Origin: Azolla caroliniana
Lineage: Eukaryota > Plantae > Polypodiophyta
Assembly (NCBI GenBank): GCA_043228905.1
Contig: JBHGNT010000006.1
Span: forward strand, 17,422,001 to 17,486,000
Direction: 5' to 3'
DNA length: 64,000 nt
Under the pieces are notes generated by a model, which saw only the letters and a program-made list of their open reading frames with translations, was not told the origin of the DNA and did not search any database. Shown here one piece after another: positions 31,901 to 46,300 of this stretch (positions within the stretch are counted from its first letter, which is position 1; every line of letters starts with the position of its first letter). The position numbers and the translations under genes were made by a program.

Positions 31901-34580
31901 TAAGCCCTTTCCACATTGAGCTAGAGAACCACTGCTGAAATGCGGAATACGTGTCCTTTGATATTTATGTCTAAATCCCGTCTCAAACCGGTAGGTCTTA
32001 CAGAACTTGTATCCACCATCCGGAGCCAAAACGGGCAAGGCTCCCATTCCTGGATTCCCAGGGTATTACAAGTCCGTAGACTAATCACTTTCACACCTGA
32101 TCCATCAACTGAAATGTTAGTGCATGGTCTCTATCTCTCATTGACATATTTTCTTCTTATTCAAATTAGATTTGTGTTTTTTTCTTATCATTATTAATTC
32201 ATCAAAGAAACATCCGGTCTGTTATATCCTAAGAATCTGGAATCAATAATGCGAGCATAGGAGGTTTCACTTCTTAGTAACAAGATAGCTTAACTGGTCC
32301 ATTTAAGATTCACATTTATCAGTGTGGTGGACGTTTCTTTAGTAATCGACCAGAGTTCTCTTATCATGCATTAAAAGAATAGCAAGTGACTGATAAAATA
32401 CCACATATATTGTCCCTAGTAGTTCCCGTCCTTTGACGATGGCGGTGATTGCTGGACTGTTTGTGTCAACCACTACTGGGCCTTCTTCTGGATTTGAGAA
32501 GAACGCAGGAGCCAGCAACAGGTTTGATGTGGTCATTCCTGATGTCAGCCCTTTCCTAAACCGGGGCACTAGCTGTAATAACCGACCCAATGGCAGCGTA
32601 ATGTGACATTCTTGTAACGCTTGCCATGTTGGGTTTTCCGGCTGAATCATGTCGGTGGCCTCTTCCAGTTTCTCCTTTTGTTGTTCAAGCTCAGCCACAT
32701 TCCGGTCATTTGCCTTTTTCACCCACTCGGTAGCTTGCTTTTGGATTGCCTCCTGTGTTTCCCACTCCGTTGTTTTGCCTTTTGCCTTGGTGGTGACTTG
32801 TTGTATGTCGGCGACTTCTACTACCACCATGTTTACTACTGGTTGTTTCTCGTAACTTTTAACCGGGCATTGATTATTGTAATGTCCTTCCTGCTGGCAA
32901 TAGTAGCAGTACACTTTCCGGGTGTTGCTGGATTTGGTGTTCACTCCGGTACCCGATTGAGGTCCTATTGGTGGTTGGTTAGGTACTTCGCCTTGGACCG
33001 GTTGGGTACTTGGTGTGCCCTTGTCTAGCTTCCATTGGTGGTCCTCCTTTCTAGTGTTCCATTTTTTGTTGAAGTGTTTTTTGTTTCGGTAACCCTGTCG
33101 GGGCCGATTTTCATAATTGCCTTGATCCTCCCAACGTTGGTTGTAACCGGGGGAGTGATCCCGGTTGTATCGCTCATATCGATCACCGTTGTAATCCCGG
33201 TAGCTATCCAGCTGGTCTCGGTTGTGAGCGTCTTTTCTGTCGCTGTGCCGGACATCTTGCGCTGGCCGGTAATGCTCATCTCGCCGCCAACGTTCTTCTT
33301 CCTCCTCCCGGTTACTCCAGGGTTCGATTTGCCTTACCGGTGCCGCTTGCTGGTTCAGCAAGTTATATTCGCATTGGTCCATTGGGTGCGCCCTGGAATG
33401 GCATAACATGCATTGTGTCCGCAAGGTACATTCTATTACCGAATGCTTGACATTGAGACAAGTCGTACATTGTTTAGCTTGCCGAAAATGTAGGTCGTCT
33501 TCTATCGGTAATGTACGTTGGAGTGCCCCCATTGTTAGCCACAAGCTGGTTTTCTCCATCTCCCTGACCCGTTCTATGACTTGCTCGATCGTGCTGGTAT
33601 GGAAATCAATCACTGCGCACATCGTACGCAGGGGTTCCCGGAGTGCTGCTAGGAATATTGATTTAGCCTTTGCTTTTGGTGCTGCCCAATTTTGCTGGCT
33701 GTGCATTCGCTGGAACCAGATTACGAATTGCTAAATGGTTTCCGTAGGTTCCTGCCATATGGTGTAGAATAGGCCGACCATCTCCCGTTGATCCACCTCC
33801 TTGTTGAAGAACTGTAAAAATCTGGTTTTTAAGTCCTCAAACATCGTGATGGTGCTGGGAGGGTGCGTCAAGTGCCATTGCGCGGCTGATCCTTCCAAGG
33901 TGATGCCGAACTCTGCAATCTTCAAGCGTTCTGCTTCGGTGGTGGTCAAGCGTTGCGACACATGGTTTGCTTCCATGTTTGTATAAATGCATAGACATGA
34001 GCTTCCGCGTCCGGATCATCCCAGTAGTTGGGATATTGGAACAGCATGTCGTCGTCCAGTGTCAGAACACAGGCTGGTGGTGTCAAAGGTCTCCCCTCCT
34101 CTTCTTTCGGTGTTGGAGTTCTTTCCTCCTCTTCTTTCAGTGTTTCACGTGGCGGTGTCGGAAGTGGATCCGCCACTTGCCGGTCTGGGGCTTCTAGTTC
34201 CGTCAACTCTGGTTCTGGTGTTGGCAAGGTATCTGACTGCTTGTCCTCCGGTCCGTCTAGGGTTTCATGGCTACTACGGTAATTCGAATGGGCGTTGCAT
34301 TCGCCGTCCGAATCCGATTCGAAGGCCGAGAACGGTTCCGGGCGTCTTCCCCTGTCACTAATGCTTGTAGAATGGATTCCACATCCCGGAGACTACTCAA
34401 GCTGCTTCCTTCATCTAGGTGGGGAGTCTGCTGCACCCGAACTGACTCCACGGCCACTCGCCGGATTACTTTGGAAAATGATAGATCTGCATGGATCTCT
34501 TCTAGCGCCTGCTGGAAAGCCTCTCGCTTCCGCAATTGTTCAACAAGTCTTCTTGCTCGCTCTGTAATCGGGTCGTTCGT
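29000..34580 (-). pseudogene. gag-pol of element D (degenerate)
   Basis: DAEAHVYAF; CYYCQQEGHYNNQC; WLSPIVMVPK; SFLDGFSSYNQI; DFVGPFKP; CPIELIS. Confidence 0.88.
32110..32407. other. ~300-bp AT-rich insertion interrupting the D protease active-site codons
   Basis: GRELLGTI|VDGSGVKVIS is split by unrelated AT-rich DNA. No clean TSD. Confidence 0.6.
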
Positions 34581-34647
34581 TGGTCAAGTCATCCATTCCC
34601 ACCGTTGTTCGCTGTGTTTGTGCAGGAATTGTGGTCGCCAAAAACTA

Positions 34648-35109
34648 TGTTATCGCTAGGGCCGGACAATCGCCTAACATAGGGTGTCCCTTTGAGACAC
34701 TTCACCAAAGGGGTGTTGCGGTGAGATAAACTTAGACCGACTATTAATGAAACCCTAGTTGGTTACTAATCGGGAAGATCATTAGTCACAATACATGCGT
34801 AAAATGAATTACACTTAGCATAGAATGATAATTAACAATAATTAAGATACAGAACAACAACACTCTATTAATTATCCGCTAATGATTATAATCTAACTGG
34901 GCCCTTTTATAGGTCTCCGGCTCTAGGTACAAACCGGTGCCAACCGGCAACCGGCTACGAACCGGTCCGGATCCGGATCGGCATACCGATTCCGGGTCCG
35001 TCCATTTGCTTCTCAAAATCATAATAATTCTATATTATATATAATCAGTTCTCAGTTATTAATTATCCCCCTTTTCCCATTCTGGACTTCCCTTGCCGGC
35101 CGACTAACA
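34648..35109 (-). repeat. 5' LTR of element D
   Basis: TGTTA...TAACA termini, related to the LTRs of E and F. Confidence 0.85.
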
Positions 35110-36105
35110 TTAGACACTTAAAATTCCAAAGGATCTTGCGTCCAAAGAACGATGAGCTCTGCTAGGGTTGCTGACCGAATACCACAATGTGTTCATGTGC
35201 TCAAATAGTGACATGAAGGGGTTAGACCCCCAATACTACGAGCACCAGATCAACCTCCAAAAGGATGCATGACTAGTACACCAACGTCGCTACTGGATGA
35301 ACCCCAATTACGCCGCAAAAGTAAAGAGGAAATTGACAAACTCCTACTAGTGGGTTTCATTCGGCCAGTCAAGAGGGCAACCTGGTTAAGCCCTATTGTG
35401 GTCATGCCGAAAAAGAATGGGCAAATACGAGTGTGCATCGACTACCGTAAACTAAACGTGCCCACTATCATGGATGCATTTTTGCTTCCACTCACGGACA
35501 ACGTCCTGGACGCAGTCGCAGGTCATGATTGTTATAGCTTTTTAAATGGATTCAGTGGCTACAATCAGATCTGAATGCACCCTGATGACCAAGAGAAGAC
35601 TACTTTCGTGATTGAATGGGGAATGGGGTGTGTTCGTCGCAGTCGTAATGATGTTTGGCTTCAAAACGACACCAACTGTCAGGAACAGTACTAAGATAGA
35701 GAAGGAATTAGTACTAAAAGAAGTATTAGTACTAAGAGAGGTGAAGAACTCTCGAGAGAAGGAAAGAGTGAGTGAGAGGGAGGGAGAGTGAGATCGATCG
35801 ATCGAGAGAGAGAGAGATGATAAGAAAAGATATATATTATGTGAAGAGAATGTACAGTAGTAGCTAGGAGGCTTAAGACTGGCGTTGAACCGATTTGGTT
35901 CGAAATAATGCCTCGTGCCTCCTTTTATAGTGTTCTAAGGAATACTCCTGAAGTTTCTAGAATGTTCCAGAGAAATCTGGAATATACATCAATTTTCTAT
36001 AATAAAACATAAATGAAAATATTATTCTATATATTACAATGTATAGTCTAATGGTCAAGAGCTCGACCCATGTAGCATAAGGTCATGGGTTCGAGTCTTG
36101 CCATA

Positions 36106-39100
36106 TCATGACACTATCCCCCCTTTAAAACGACGAGTGTAATGAGTCGTTTTGGATTGAGGACCCGGTTTGTCTGGATATTGATGATGGAAGTCTTCTA
36201 GAAGTGCACGAGCATTGGTGACATTCTCTATCGGTTCCCAAGTACTCTCACGGGGACTATATCCTAGCCAATCGACTAGATAGTAGAGCTTGTTGCGAAC
36301 AATCTTGGAATCAAGGATGGTGGCAACCTCGTACTCAGGTCCATCTTCAAGCTCGATCGGGGGTAGAGGATGTGTAATACGTCTCGGGATGGTGCTCTCT
36401 TGATAGGGTTCAAGGAGAGAACTATGAAACACCGGATGTATCTGAAGTTGTGGAGGTAGATCGAGACGAAAAACGATATCATTAATCTTTCCTATGATAC
36501 GAAAAGGACCTAATCGCCGATAATCCAACTTCTCGCATGGGCGAGTAGTCTTGATGTGTCGTCGGAGTAGCCATACCTGATCTCCAATGTTAAAACTGGA
36601 TGGGAGTCGATGACGATCCGCATAAACCTTGTGTGTTTGCTGAGCTTGTTGGAGATGAGTAGATAAATCCGCTTGTATCTTGCGTAACCGCTCCAAACGA
36701 TCCTCCGCGCAAGGATTTGTGGACACCTCTGGGGTTTCAAGTACACACCACCGGGGGTGACATCCCGTATAAGCATAAAATGGCGTAACTTTAGTTGATG
36801 CGTGGATAGAATTATTATAGGCAAATTCGGCGAAGTGGAGAATATCTGCCCAGTCATCCTGATGATAGTTGAGAAAGCACCGCAGGTACTGCTCCAGCGT
36901 TTGATTTGTTCGTTCGGCTTGGCCGTCGGTTTGTGGGTGGTAGCCGGAGGAGAGGTTACAAGTGACCTTGAGCATTTTAAAAAGGTGCTTCCAAAATTTT
37001 GACATGAACTGGGGTCCACGATCGCTGACGATACTATTGGGAAGTCCATGATGCCGACATACTTCACGCATGACAATTTCAGCAGTGTCTTCACTGGAGA
37101 TTTCCTTAGTACATGGAAAAAAATGAGCCATCTTCGTATATCGATCTACCACTGTTAGAATCGCATTGAACCCCTTAGAGACTGGAAGATCTGTGATGAA
37201 GTCTAGAGCAATGGATTGCCACGGCTTGCTTGGAATTGGTAATGGTTCCAATAAACCATATGGATGATGCCTTGGCATTTTCGCTCTGCAGCATGTGTCA
37301 CAAGTCCGAACAAAATCTTCGACAAATTGTCGCATACGGGGCCACCAGAATGATCGTAGTACTAAATCTAATGTTTTAGTACTACCAAAATGCCCAGCTG
37401 TATATGTGTCATGACAGTTTTGTACTACTTGAAGGCGGGAAGAACCATTAGGAACATACAAAAGTTCTTTAAAGAAGAGTAATCCATCATGGTATTTGAA
37501 TTGCCGATAGTCCGTACCTGGTGGTTGCGGCTGTGAACACGACGCTCGAGAGGGATCAATTTGTGCTAGTATAGCTTGGGCGAAAGCATTGGTCTTCAAG
37601 TCCGCATGTATGATATCGATAACGTCGGAATCCATGGGCATGCCAAAGACCTGTGTTGCTTGCAGTCGTGCCGGTCCCAAGATTACTTGCTTTTGGTTAT
37701 CGAAAGATAGCTCGCCGTGAGGCGGTGCTAGGTACGAACGCCGTGATAATGCATGTGCTTTCCCTTGATGTTTCCCAGGTCGATATGTAATCTTGAAGTC
37801 GAAACGCGTGAGAAAATGGGCCCACCGAGCTTGACGTCGATTTAACACACGAGCGTCTTGAAAATAGGCGAGGTTTTTGTGGTCACTGAATACAGTGACT
37901 TGATGAGAAGATCCCTCTAGAAAATGCCTCCATTGCATAAAAGAGTCCAGTATAGCCAATAGCTCTTTATCATGAAGTTGGTAGTTGATTTCGGCCGGCG
38001 GCATCAAACTTGCGTGAGTGAAAAGCCACAGGATGTAGCTTTTCATCATTACCTCGTTGTGATAGAATGCTTCCCAATGCAAAATCCGATGCGTCCGCTT
38101 TAATGATGAATGGTTTTTCTGGATCAACGTGAGCTAGAATTGGAGCCGATGTAAATGCCTGTTTAAGATTCTCAAAAGCCATGTCCGCTTCTTCAGACCA
38201 AACGAACGATTGTCCCTTCCTAGTAAGTTGTGTAAGAGGCAAAACGAGCTTTGAGTAATCCTTTATAAACTTCCGGTAAAAATTGGCAAAGCCTAGAAAG
38301 CATTGCACATCCCGCACCGAACGCGGAGTCTGCCATTCTACCACCGTTTTGACCTTAGCTGGGTCCATGGAGATGCCTTCTGAGGAAATGACATAGCCGA
38401 GAAATTCCACCTGGTTACACCCGAAACTACATTTTTCCAACTTTGCATAGAGACCATGTTCTCGAAGTCGTTTTAGTACTAACAGTACATGAGAATCATG
38501 CTCTTCTTGGGTCTTCGAGTAAACCAGTAGATCATCCAAATAGATGATTAGACACACATCCAAGAGATCTCGGAAAATATCATTTGCCATGTGCTGGAAG
38601 ACTGTTGGCGCATTAGTGAGGCCGAACGGCATGACCGTATACTTGAAGTTCCCATATCTGGTGCGGAACGCGGTCTTCCATTCATCTCCTAGTCGGATCC
38701 GTACGAGGTTATAGGCTCCCCGTAAGTCGATCTTCATGAAGAACCTGGCACCATTGATCCGTTCTAAAAGACTTGAGATAAGGGGGAGTGCATACCTATT
38801 TCGGATTGTAACCTTATTCAAGCCACGGTAATCTACAACGAGCCGAAGTGAGCCATCCTTTTTCTTGACGAAGAAAATGGGTGCACCGGCTGGAGATTTC
38901 GAATGTCGTATGAAACCATTCTCCAAATTCTCCTCTATATAGGCTCAAAGGACTTCCTGTTCGGTTGGTGACAAATTGTAGATCGGTCCCCAAGGTGGCT
39001 CTTTCCCCGGTTGTAAATCGATGGGGCAATCATATGGTCGATGGTGAGAAAGCGTACTGCCTTGTACTTTATCAAACACATCGGCATATTGATGATACTT

Positions 39101-39706
39101 CTCTAGAAGTTGAACGGTGGAATCCTCTTTAGTGGTGCTGGAGGGGTTTACTGATATTGCGAAGAGGAACATTTCTTCCTTGCATCCTTCCTCACGCAAC
39201 TGATGTAGTGAAATCGTTGCAATCTCATGAGTAGACCCTCGGGCTTTTCGATGCCGGATTTCTCTTGTCCGCCAATCTATGTCTGGGTTATGTAATTCGA
39301 ACCATGGTAATCCTAAGACAATGGGGTGTTCTGGGATGCTAATTATATTAAATGATATGACACATGCTAGATTATCTAGGACAACATTAACGGGCTCTGA
39401 CTCTTCTATGATATTTCCTGAGGCAATGGGACGACCATCAACGACTACTACAAGGGCAGGACACGGGAGTTTTCTGAGAGATATCTGATGAGCTTGGGCA
39501 AATTTCCTATCCATGAAGCAAGAATTAGCTCCGGAATCTAGAAGTGCTAAGACATGTACTGGAGGAGTACTTTTAGTACTAACTGTTACTTGGGCTACGA
39601 ACACATTGCTAACTTGCTTAGAGGGAATGGAACCACTAATGGGCTGCACAGATCTAGGGCTGTCCAACCAAACGGCTCCTATTTTGGCTGGACTTAGTCG
39701 TTTAAC
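36106..39706 (-). pseudogene. pol: Chromovirus copy 2 pol (frameshifts near 38945 and 37995)
   Basis: Three ORF pieces collinear with copy 1 Pol, including the chromodomain. Confidence 0.92.
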
Positions 39707-40836
39707 TCTTCTTCTAACTGACTAAGGACATCAAATTTGTTCACTAGATTTGGGCTATTAGTACTATTAGGACTATCAGATATCCCTACTGAAATAGACT
39801 CGGGTTTAGTACAATCAGAACTAGCAACTATTTGTTTTACCTGCCTTCTTGGCCTATGGGGACAGTTTACCGCGATATGCCCTGGTCCACCGCAATAAAG
39901 ACATAGTCGGTTTGCTCGGCATTGTTGCTTTTCTTCTTCCGATAGCGGTCCACGACGACGTGTGGTGTCAATTTCCATCGGAGTTGGAGTACTTGCTGGA
40001 GGCGCATTATATGACTCCCTCGGAAAAGATTTCGCTACCACTGAGGCATAGGTAGGCTCTGATCTTGCCCTCGGAATCTGGAATTGTCGTTCTGAACGTC
40101 GTTCGAAGAGGCGGTTGTCGCATCTCACAGCACGACTAATTGCTTCTGTTAATGACTTTGGCTCTTCGGGGAAGGTCAAGAGTAAATCCTTGACATAATT
40201 GTGTAAGCCATAATGGAATTGCTCCATCAATGCGTGATCATCCCAAGGGATATCGGCAGCGAGTAGGCGGAAATCTGCAGCATATGCGGAAGCTGGACGA
40301 TCACCTTGGTGTAATCGCCGGATTTTGTTGATTGTAGTCCTTATGCTGTCAATATCTCCAAAACAGGCCTTAAACTCACTTATAAATTCTTCAAAACTGT
40401 TTAATAATGGAGAATCCTTTTCCAACAATGGAGCAAACCATGCTAACGTTGAGCCACTAAGGAGAGTGCCTACTAGTCCCACTCGTGATGCATTGGTGGG
40501 ATATCGAGAAGGATGCATTTGTATCACTAAACGTACCTGATTCAAAAACCCTCTAAACTGTGATCGGGTCCCATCAAATTTTGCAGGAAGACCGATCTTG
40601 GGTTCTTTGTGAATCCCTTGAGTGCTTGATCCTTGTTGTTGTAATGATATGATAGTCGCTTCGAGTTGTTGTACACGTAGTGTCAGCTCCCCGTGTTGTT
40701 GTTGTTTTTCCAGCGCTATTTGTTGAAGATCCCCCAACAAGCGATGATTTTCTTGTTCTAGTGCTACAAATTTCTCTTTTAAGCACTGGAGCTCCGAGAA
40801 AACAGATTGGTATTCCTGAGCGCTAATAGTTTCCAT
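39694..40836 (-). CDS. gag: Chromovirus copy 2 Gag
   Basis: Open frame METISAQEYQSVFSEL...CLYCGGPGHIAVNC...EEELND*, homologous to copy 1. Confidence 0.88.
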   Translation of the reverse strand: METISAQEYQSVFSELQCLKEKFVALEQENHRLLGDLQQIALEKQQQHGELTLRVQQLEATIISLQQQGSSTQGIHKEPKIGLPAKFDGTRSQFRGFLNQVRLVIQMHPSRYPTNASRVGLVGTLLSGSTLAWFAPLLEKDSPLLNSFEEFISEFKACFGDIDSIRTTINKIRRLHQGDRPASAYAADFRLLAADIPWDDHALMEQFHYGLHNYVKDLLLTFPEEPKSLTEAISRAVRCDNRLFERRSERQFQIPRARSEPTYASVVAKSFPRESYNAPPASTPTPMEIDTTRRRGPLSEEEKQQCRANRLCLYCGGPGHIAVNCPHRPRRQVKQIVASSDCTKPESISVGISDSPNSTNSPNLVNKFDVLSQLEEELND

Positions 40837-41875
40837 TTTACTAGGGAGGATAAGAGGATTAATAAGAAGATAAAAGGAAAAGGAGGAAAGGAAGATCGAC
40901 CAAAATCGGTTCAAACTGTCAGGAACAATACTAAGATAGAGAAGGAATTAGTACTAAAAGAAGTATTAGTACTAAGAGAGGTGAAGAACTCTCGAGAGAA
41001 GGAAAGAGTGAGTGAGAGGGAGGGAGGGAGAGAGAGAGAGAGAGAGAGAGATGATAAGAAAAGATATATATTATGTGAAGAGAATGTACAGTAGTAGCTA
41101 GGAGGCTTAAGACTGGCGTTGAACCGATTTGGTTCGAAATAATGCCTCGTGCCTCCTTTTATAGTGTTCTAAGGAATACTCCTGAAGTTTCTAGAATGTT
41201 CCAGAGAAATCTGGAATATACATCAATTTTCTATAATAAAACATAAATGAAAATATTATTCTATGTATTACAGTGTATAGTCTAATGGTCAAGAGCTCGA
41301 CCCATATAGCATAAGGTCATGGGTTCGAGTCTTGCCATATCATGACACCAACCACTTTCCAACGAATCATTGCCGAATTTTTCGAGAAATATATTCCAGC
41401 GTTCATGCAAGTCTTCCTCGATGATTTTTCCGTGTACGGAAACCAAATCGAGCACCTCGGACATCTACACCTGTACCTTCAACAATGCCGACAAGCACAA
41501 CTTATCATAAACCCGGCCAAATGTGCTTTCTACGTAACTACTCGCGCCTTGCTCAGTCGCATTGTCAGTCGCGATGGTATAGCCATGGATCCCGACAAGG
41601 TGCACACTATACTAAATGCCATGGCTCCAACCACGACGAAAGCTCTTAGCTGGTTCTTGGGACAAATTCGGTGGCATGGTCGCATGCTATGCTACCTGGC
41701 CGACTTCGCAACACCTCTGCATGCCGCGATACATACGATTCCATTCCGATAGACAAACCGAGACGACAAAGCTTATCGTTCCCTGAAAGTGATGCTCTCC
41801 CATGCCCCAATCGTGCAACCGCCAGATTGGATGCAACCTTTCCACGTGTTTGTGGATGCTTCAGACATAGCCATC

Positions 41876-42155
41876 TGTTACCCTGCCAGCAAGAAGGCTT
41901 AAGGAGATCCAAACCAGAGTGTGAAAGGAACAGTTTATTCGGGAACTATTGTAATTAGTAGTCTTAATATATAGTAATATATGAGAAGATGTGGACGGAC
42001 GGACCTGAATCGGTATGCCGATCCGGATCCGGACCTAAGTAATCGATTAAGGTCTAATTAAGCATTGTGTTGTAAGTCATTCTGCCGTAACACCCTTTGG
42101 TGAAGTGTCTTAAGTGGACACCCTGTGTTAGGCTGTTGTCCGGCCCTAGGAGAAT
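41876..42155 (+). mobile_element. Internally deleted solo LTR of the F type
   Basis: Matches both ends of 46962-47420 with the middle missing. The 3' end and TSD are degraded. Confidence 0.85.
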
Positions 42156-43317
42156 GAATGTCGGAAGCGCACTGATGCAGAAAACACCTCCGAACTGGTA
42201 TCGTCCTGTCTATTACGCTAGCCGACGACTCTCCACGGCCGAAAAGATCTACTTCACCATGAAACGAGAAGCACTCGACATGATTTATAGCATCACTAAA
42301 TTTCGCAATTACCTACTCGGCTGAAAAATCACTTTTCACGTTGATCATTCGGCGCTTCTGTACCCCTCCACAAGCAAGCATTAACCGGTCAGTTAGCACA
42401 GTGGATGCTCCTTCTGCAAGAATTTGACTTCGATATCCAACATCGACCAGAGGTACAACATGCGAACACGGACTACCTCAGTCGTCTTGAATCAGGGGAA
42501 CCAATTGAAATGGAGTATGATGAATTACCTGACGTTATCTTGTTCAACCTCGATGCCACGACCCTTGCCACCGATCATGAGGACAAATGGATTTCGGAAA
42601 TGACACAATTCCTCAGCACCGGCCTTCCACCAGAACACTTAACACTAGACGCCAAGAAACAATTGGCGGTCCGGAGCTGAAATTTCTTTCTGTTCACCAA
42701 CACACTATATCATAAAGGCTCGAACGGCATTTGGCGACGCACAATACGACAATTCGAGAAGGATGGGGTTTTACGCAATGCCCATCATGGTATAGCCGGC
42801 GGCCATTGTGAGGGCGATGCCACAACTCGAAAGATCTAGCAAAGCGGATTATGGTGGTCAACCACGAAAAAAGATGCTCACGAATTTTGTAAATGTTGTG
42901 ATCTCTATCAGCACATGGGCTAGCCCAGCACGCAAGACTTGGTGCCTCACCAACCGATCCTTCCTTTCTAGAACCCTTTCAGAAATGGGGGTTGGATTTC
43001 ATAAGGCCATTTAAACCACCCGCAACCCCAACAAGCAACAAATATATAATCGTGGCAACTGATTACTGCACGAAATGGGTCGAAGCAAAAGCATTACACG
43101 ACAAAACGACCCTATCAACTGCCAAATATGTGTATGGATACTTGTGGGGTTGATTTGGCTACCCAATTGAGCTCCTGAGCGACCAAGGGGGCCACTTTCT
43201 GAACCTTCTTATCCGCGAGTTAACCTCCCATTACATTGTGGTGCATAACAAGACCACACCCTACTACCCCGAAGCCAACAGACTGACCGAGTCTACGAAT
43301 AAGAACCTGCACACGAT

Positions 43318-46300
43318 TGTTACCCAGCCGGCAAGAAGGCTTAAGGAGATCCAAACCAGAGTGTGAAAGGAAAAGTTTATTCGGGAATTGTTGTAATTAG
43401 TAGTCTTAATATATAGTAATATATGAGAAGATGTGGACGGACGGACCGGAATCGGTATGCCGATCCGGATCCGGACCGATCCCGAAAAGGTGCCGGTTGG
43501 CACCGTTTTGTACTTCACACCGGAGACCTATATAAAGGCCCGGTTACAATGTAATCGACAACGCATAATTAATAGAACTTATTGCCTTAATCTTTCAGTA
43601 TTGATTACCGTTCTGTGCTTATTGTATATCTTACGCGTGTTAATGATGTATTGCTAAGTAATCGATTAAGGTCTAATTAAGCATTGTGTCATAAGTCATT
43701 CTGCCGTAACACCCTTGTTGAGAGAAAAAAAAGAAAAAAAAAGACAAAAAGAAATCATGGAAAGGAGTGGTGGAAACGACCATGCAAATGAGGAGTAAAG
43801 AGGCACGTCGAAAATGTACGAGGAGGCTATGAATAGGACATTAAACCACCGCCACACGTACACGACCTGCACATGCGGAGGCTCGAAAAAGGCGCCAAGA
43901 TGCAGAGAGAAAAACCCCCACGCATCGAGACCTTCTCCTTTCGCGAACCAAGGAGAACAGACGCAAACAAACGCGTGAAGATCAATCGAAGAGAGCTCGC
44001 GCACAGAGAACCCCCTCACTCAGAACTTTCTCTCTCACACTCTCCCCACCATCAAACCTCGCCAACGCTCTCCAACCTCGATGCAGAGATGGACTGCCAA
44101 ACACTGACTAAAGCCGCCAAGAAAGGGCTACGGCAACACGAACTGGAGGGTTTCTTGACGATCATGGAGGCGGCACCACACAAGGAAGCCGAAAAGATTA
44201 TCAAAGAAATCGACACAGAGGTGATCACGGAGGAGGCGATCCGTGCGTTAACAGGCCTTCCGGAGGGGGGCATCTACATGATCGACAATCCTACCTTCGA
44301 GTAGCTCATCAAATATTTCGGTGAGTATTCTCTCGCCAGCAAAGGCTACAGGACACAGGGCGGCGAAGACATGTTATTCCACGAAATTGCCTGTGTACTC
44401 CATGAGTTCGGACACATATACCCTCGACCCCCCGTTATGCCTCAAAACCGAGTAGGCTTGATTATCGCGACGTACGAAGGGGTCAAGGTGGATTGGCCGG
44501 TGCTGATCGTTGACCGATTGTGTACGACTGTTGATATCGTAAGAGGAAAGGACGGCAAGGAAGGCCGGAAAATATGGCATGCGGTGACGCAATCGCTCAT
44601 CCTATTCGCGCCACCGGTCGAGCCTGTCCAGACCAAGAAGTGGTGAAGAGCAACGGACGGCACCCCGAAACCTACTTCGAAACGGCAATAGTTGTTGGCC
44701 TCCAAGGCCACTAAGGGAAGGAGGCCAACGCAGAGAAGGCGGCAAAGGAGCGCGCTAGCCGGAAGCGGCCGACGGACACACACGATGAGACACCAGCACG
44801 GCCCCTGAAGAGCCCACTCTACCGACCGGTGCAGCAAGAAATAGACACCCTGGAGGCAAGAATGAATGTCAGGACTCCGACAGAGGAAATGGAGGAAGAA
44901 CCCACGGAGCACCTCCAGCGGCGGCCGATGAAGAGCACCGTTGAATCAGTCGGGAAGCGTTCGAACCCATAGAACGATGGAACGCTCGCAACCCACACTG
45001 AGCATCCCACGCCAAGGGAGGCACCGGAACCGGTTCGGATGGAACCGGTCACAGAAGTCCCTGCACAATAGGCAGCACTGGCAAGCCCCATAACTCAAGA
45101 GCCAATTATACAAAGGCCAAACTCCTCAGCTGGCCAAGAACAAGCAGACAAGGGGCGGCTAGCCGAATCACACCCAGAGCCGGAACGACAAAGTGGTCAG
45201 TAGGCAGAACCAGAAGTGCAGCTCGACGCAGTAAGGCGGGACCAGCCACGGGCAAGGGAACCCATCAGCCAACCCGCCGTGCAGACGCAACAATAGTGCA
45301 TCAGTAGCCAGTGGCTCCGGTGGATAGGAGAACAAATTGCCGGAGTAGTCGGATGCATAGAGGTGGAAGAAAGAGCGCAAACGGAATGGTTTCTCATCAC
45401 AACTGATGAACTGGAGACGACCCGGTGAAGGATCTGGTGCCTCGAACAAGACTTGGATCGGATTACCGAAGACATGGCCAAAATGGCCTTAACCGCAACG
45501 CAGATCTAATCACCCTTGACTTCGGTGGATGTACATATGAATAAGACCCCGGAGACGGAAACTGTCCCGGAGAAAGATGCGGCGCAAGCCCAAGAGCTTG
45601 CCAAATTAAGAGACGAGTTGGCCGCACAAGAAGCATTAAAGAGCCGCGAACGCGACTTGAAGAAGGTGGCCGAAGAAGAATTAAAGAAGACTGTTGAGAA
45701 CCTCCACCGTGCAGAGGAAAACCTACGTAAAGCACATCACGCATACGACCAGCTAAAGGAGGAAAAAGAGAAATTGCTGCAATAGAAAGACAAGTTGCGA
45801 CAGATGGCAGAGACGGAAATTGAAAGGCTGAAGGAAGAACTCCGTCAACAGAAGGACCAGGAGGACTGCGCGCGCTGGCAGATCTACCAAAGGCTGAAGT
45901 AGAAGACCGATGATTTTGATCATTTGCACCGGGATTACAAGCAGCTGGAGATGGAGTATAAGCAACAGTAGGAACGGATGGCCGAGCTCCGGCAAGAAGT
46001 TGATAGGGCCACAACGGCACTCGCCAACGAACGAGCTGAGAGTTCCAAGCTATTGGAGGAAACGGCGATGGACCGGATGGAGCTCCACAAGCAAAACCAT
46101 GAAGAAAAGGAAAGGGCGACAATGGTGTTACAGAGGTTGCAAACAACCTATCAAAGTCAATTATCGCATTATAGGGAGCAGGAGGCGGACACGGTCTGAA
46201 TCATCAAGCAATTGAAAGAGGAGCGACAAGCCGCAGAGAACAAATCACGAACGGGAACTGAACGAATCCAGTGCATCCTCCAGTCATGGCTCACCAAGAC

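Larger units (their letters stand above)
27121..35109 (-). mobile_element. Non-chromovirus Ty3/gypsy element D (3'-truncated) with extra ORF
   Basis: 5' LTR 34648-35109; PBS TGGCGACCACA (34640-34630, tRNA-Arg-like from recall); gag, PR, RT, RH and INT remnants; ORF3 remnant. Confidence 0.85.
35677..41347 (-). mobile_element. Chromovirus copy 2 (same family, older, pol frameshifted)
   Basis: LTRs 35677-36113 and 40917-41347 differ by ~4 substitutions plus a microsatellite change. Perfect TSD CCAAC. Confidence 0.95.
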
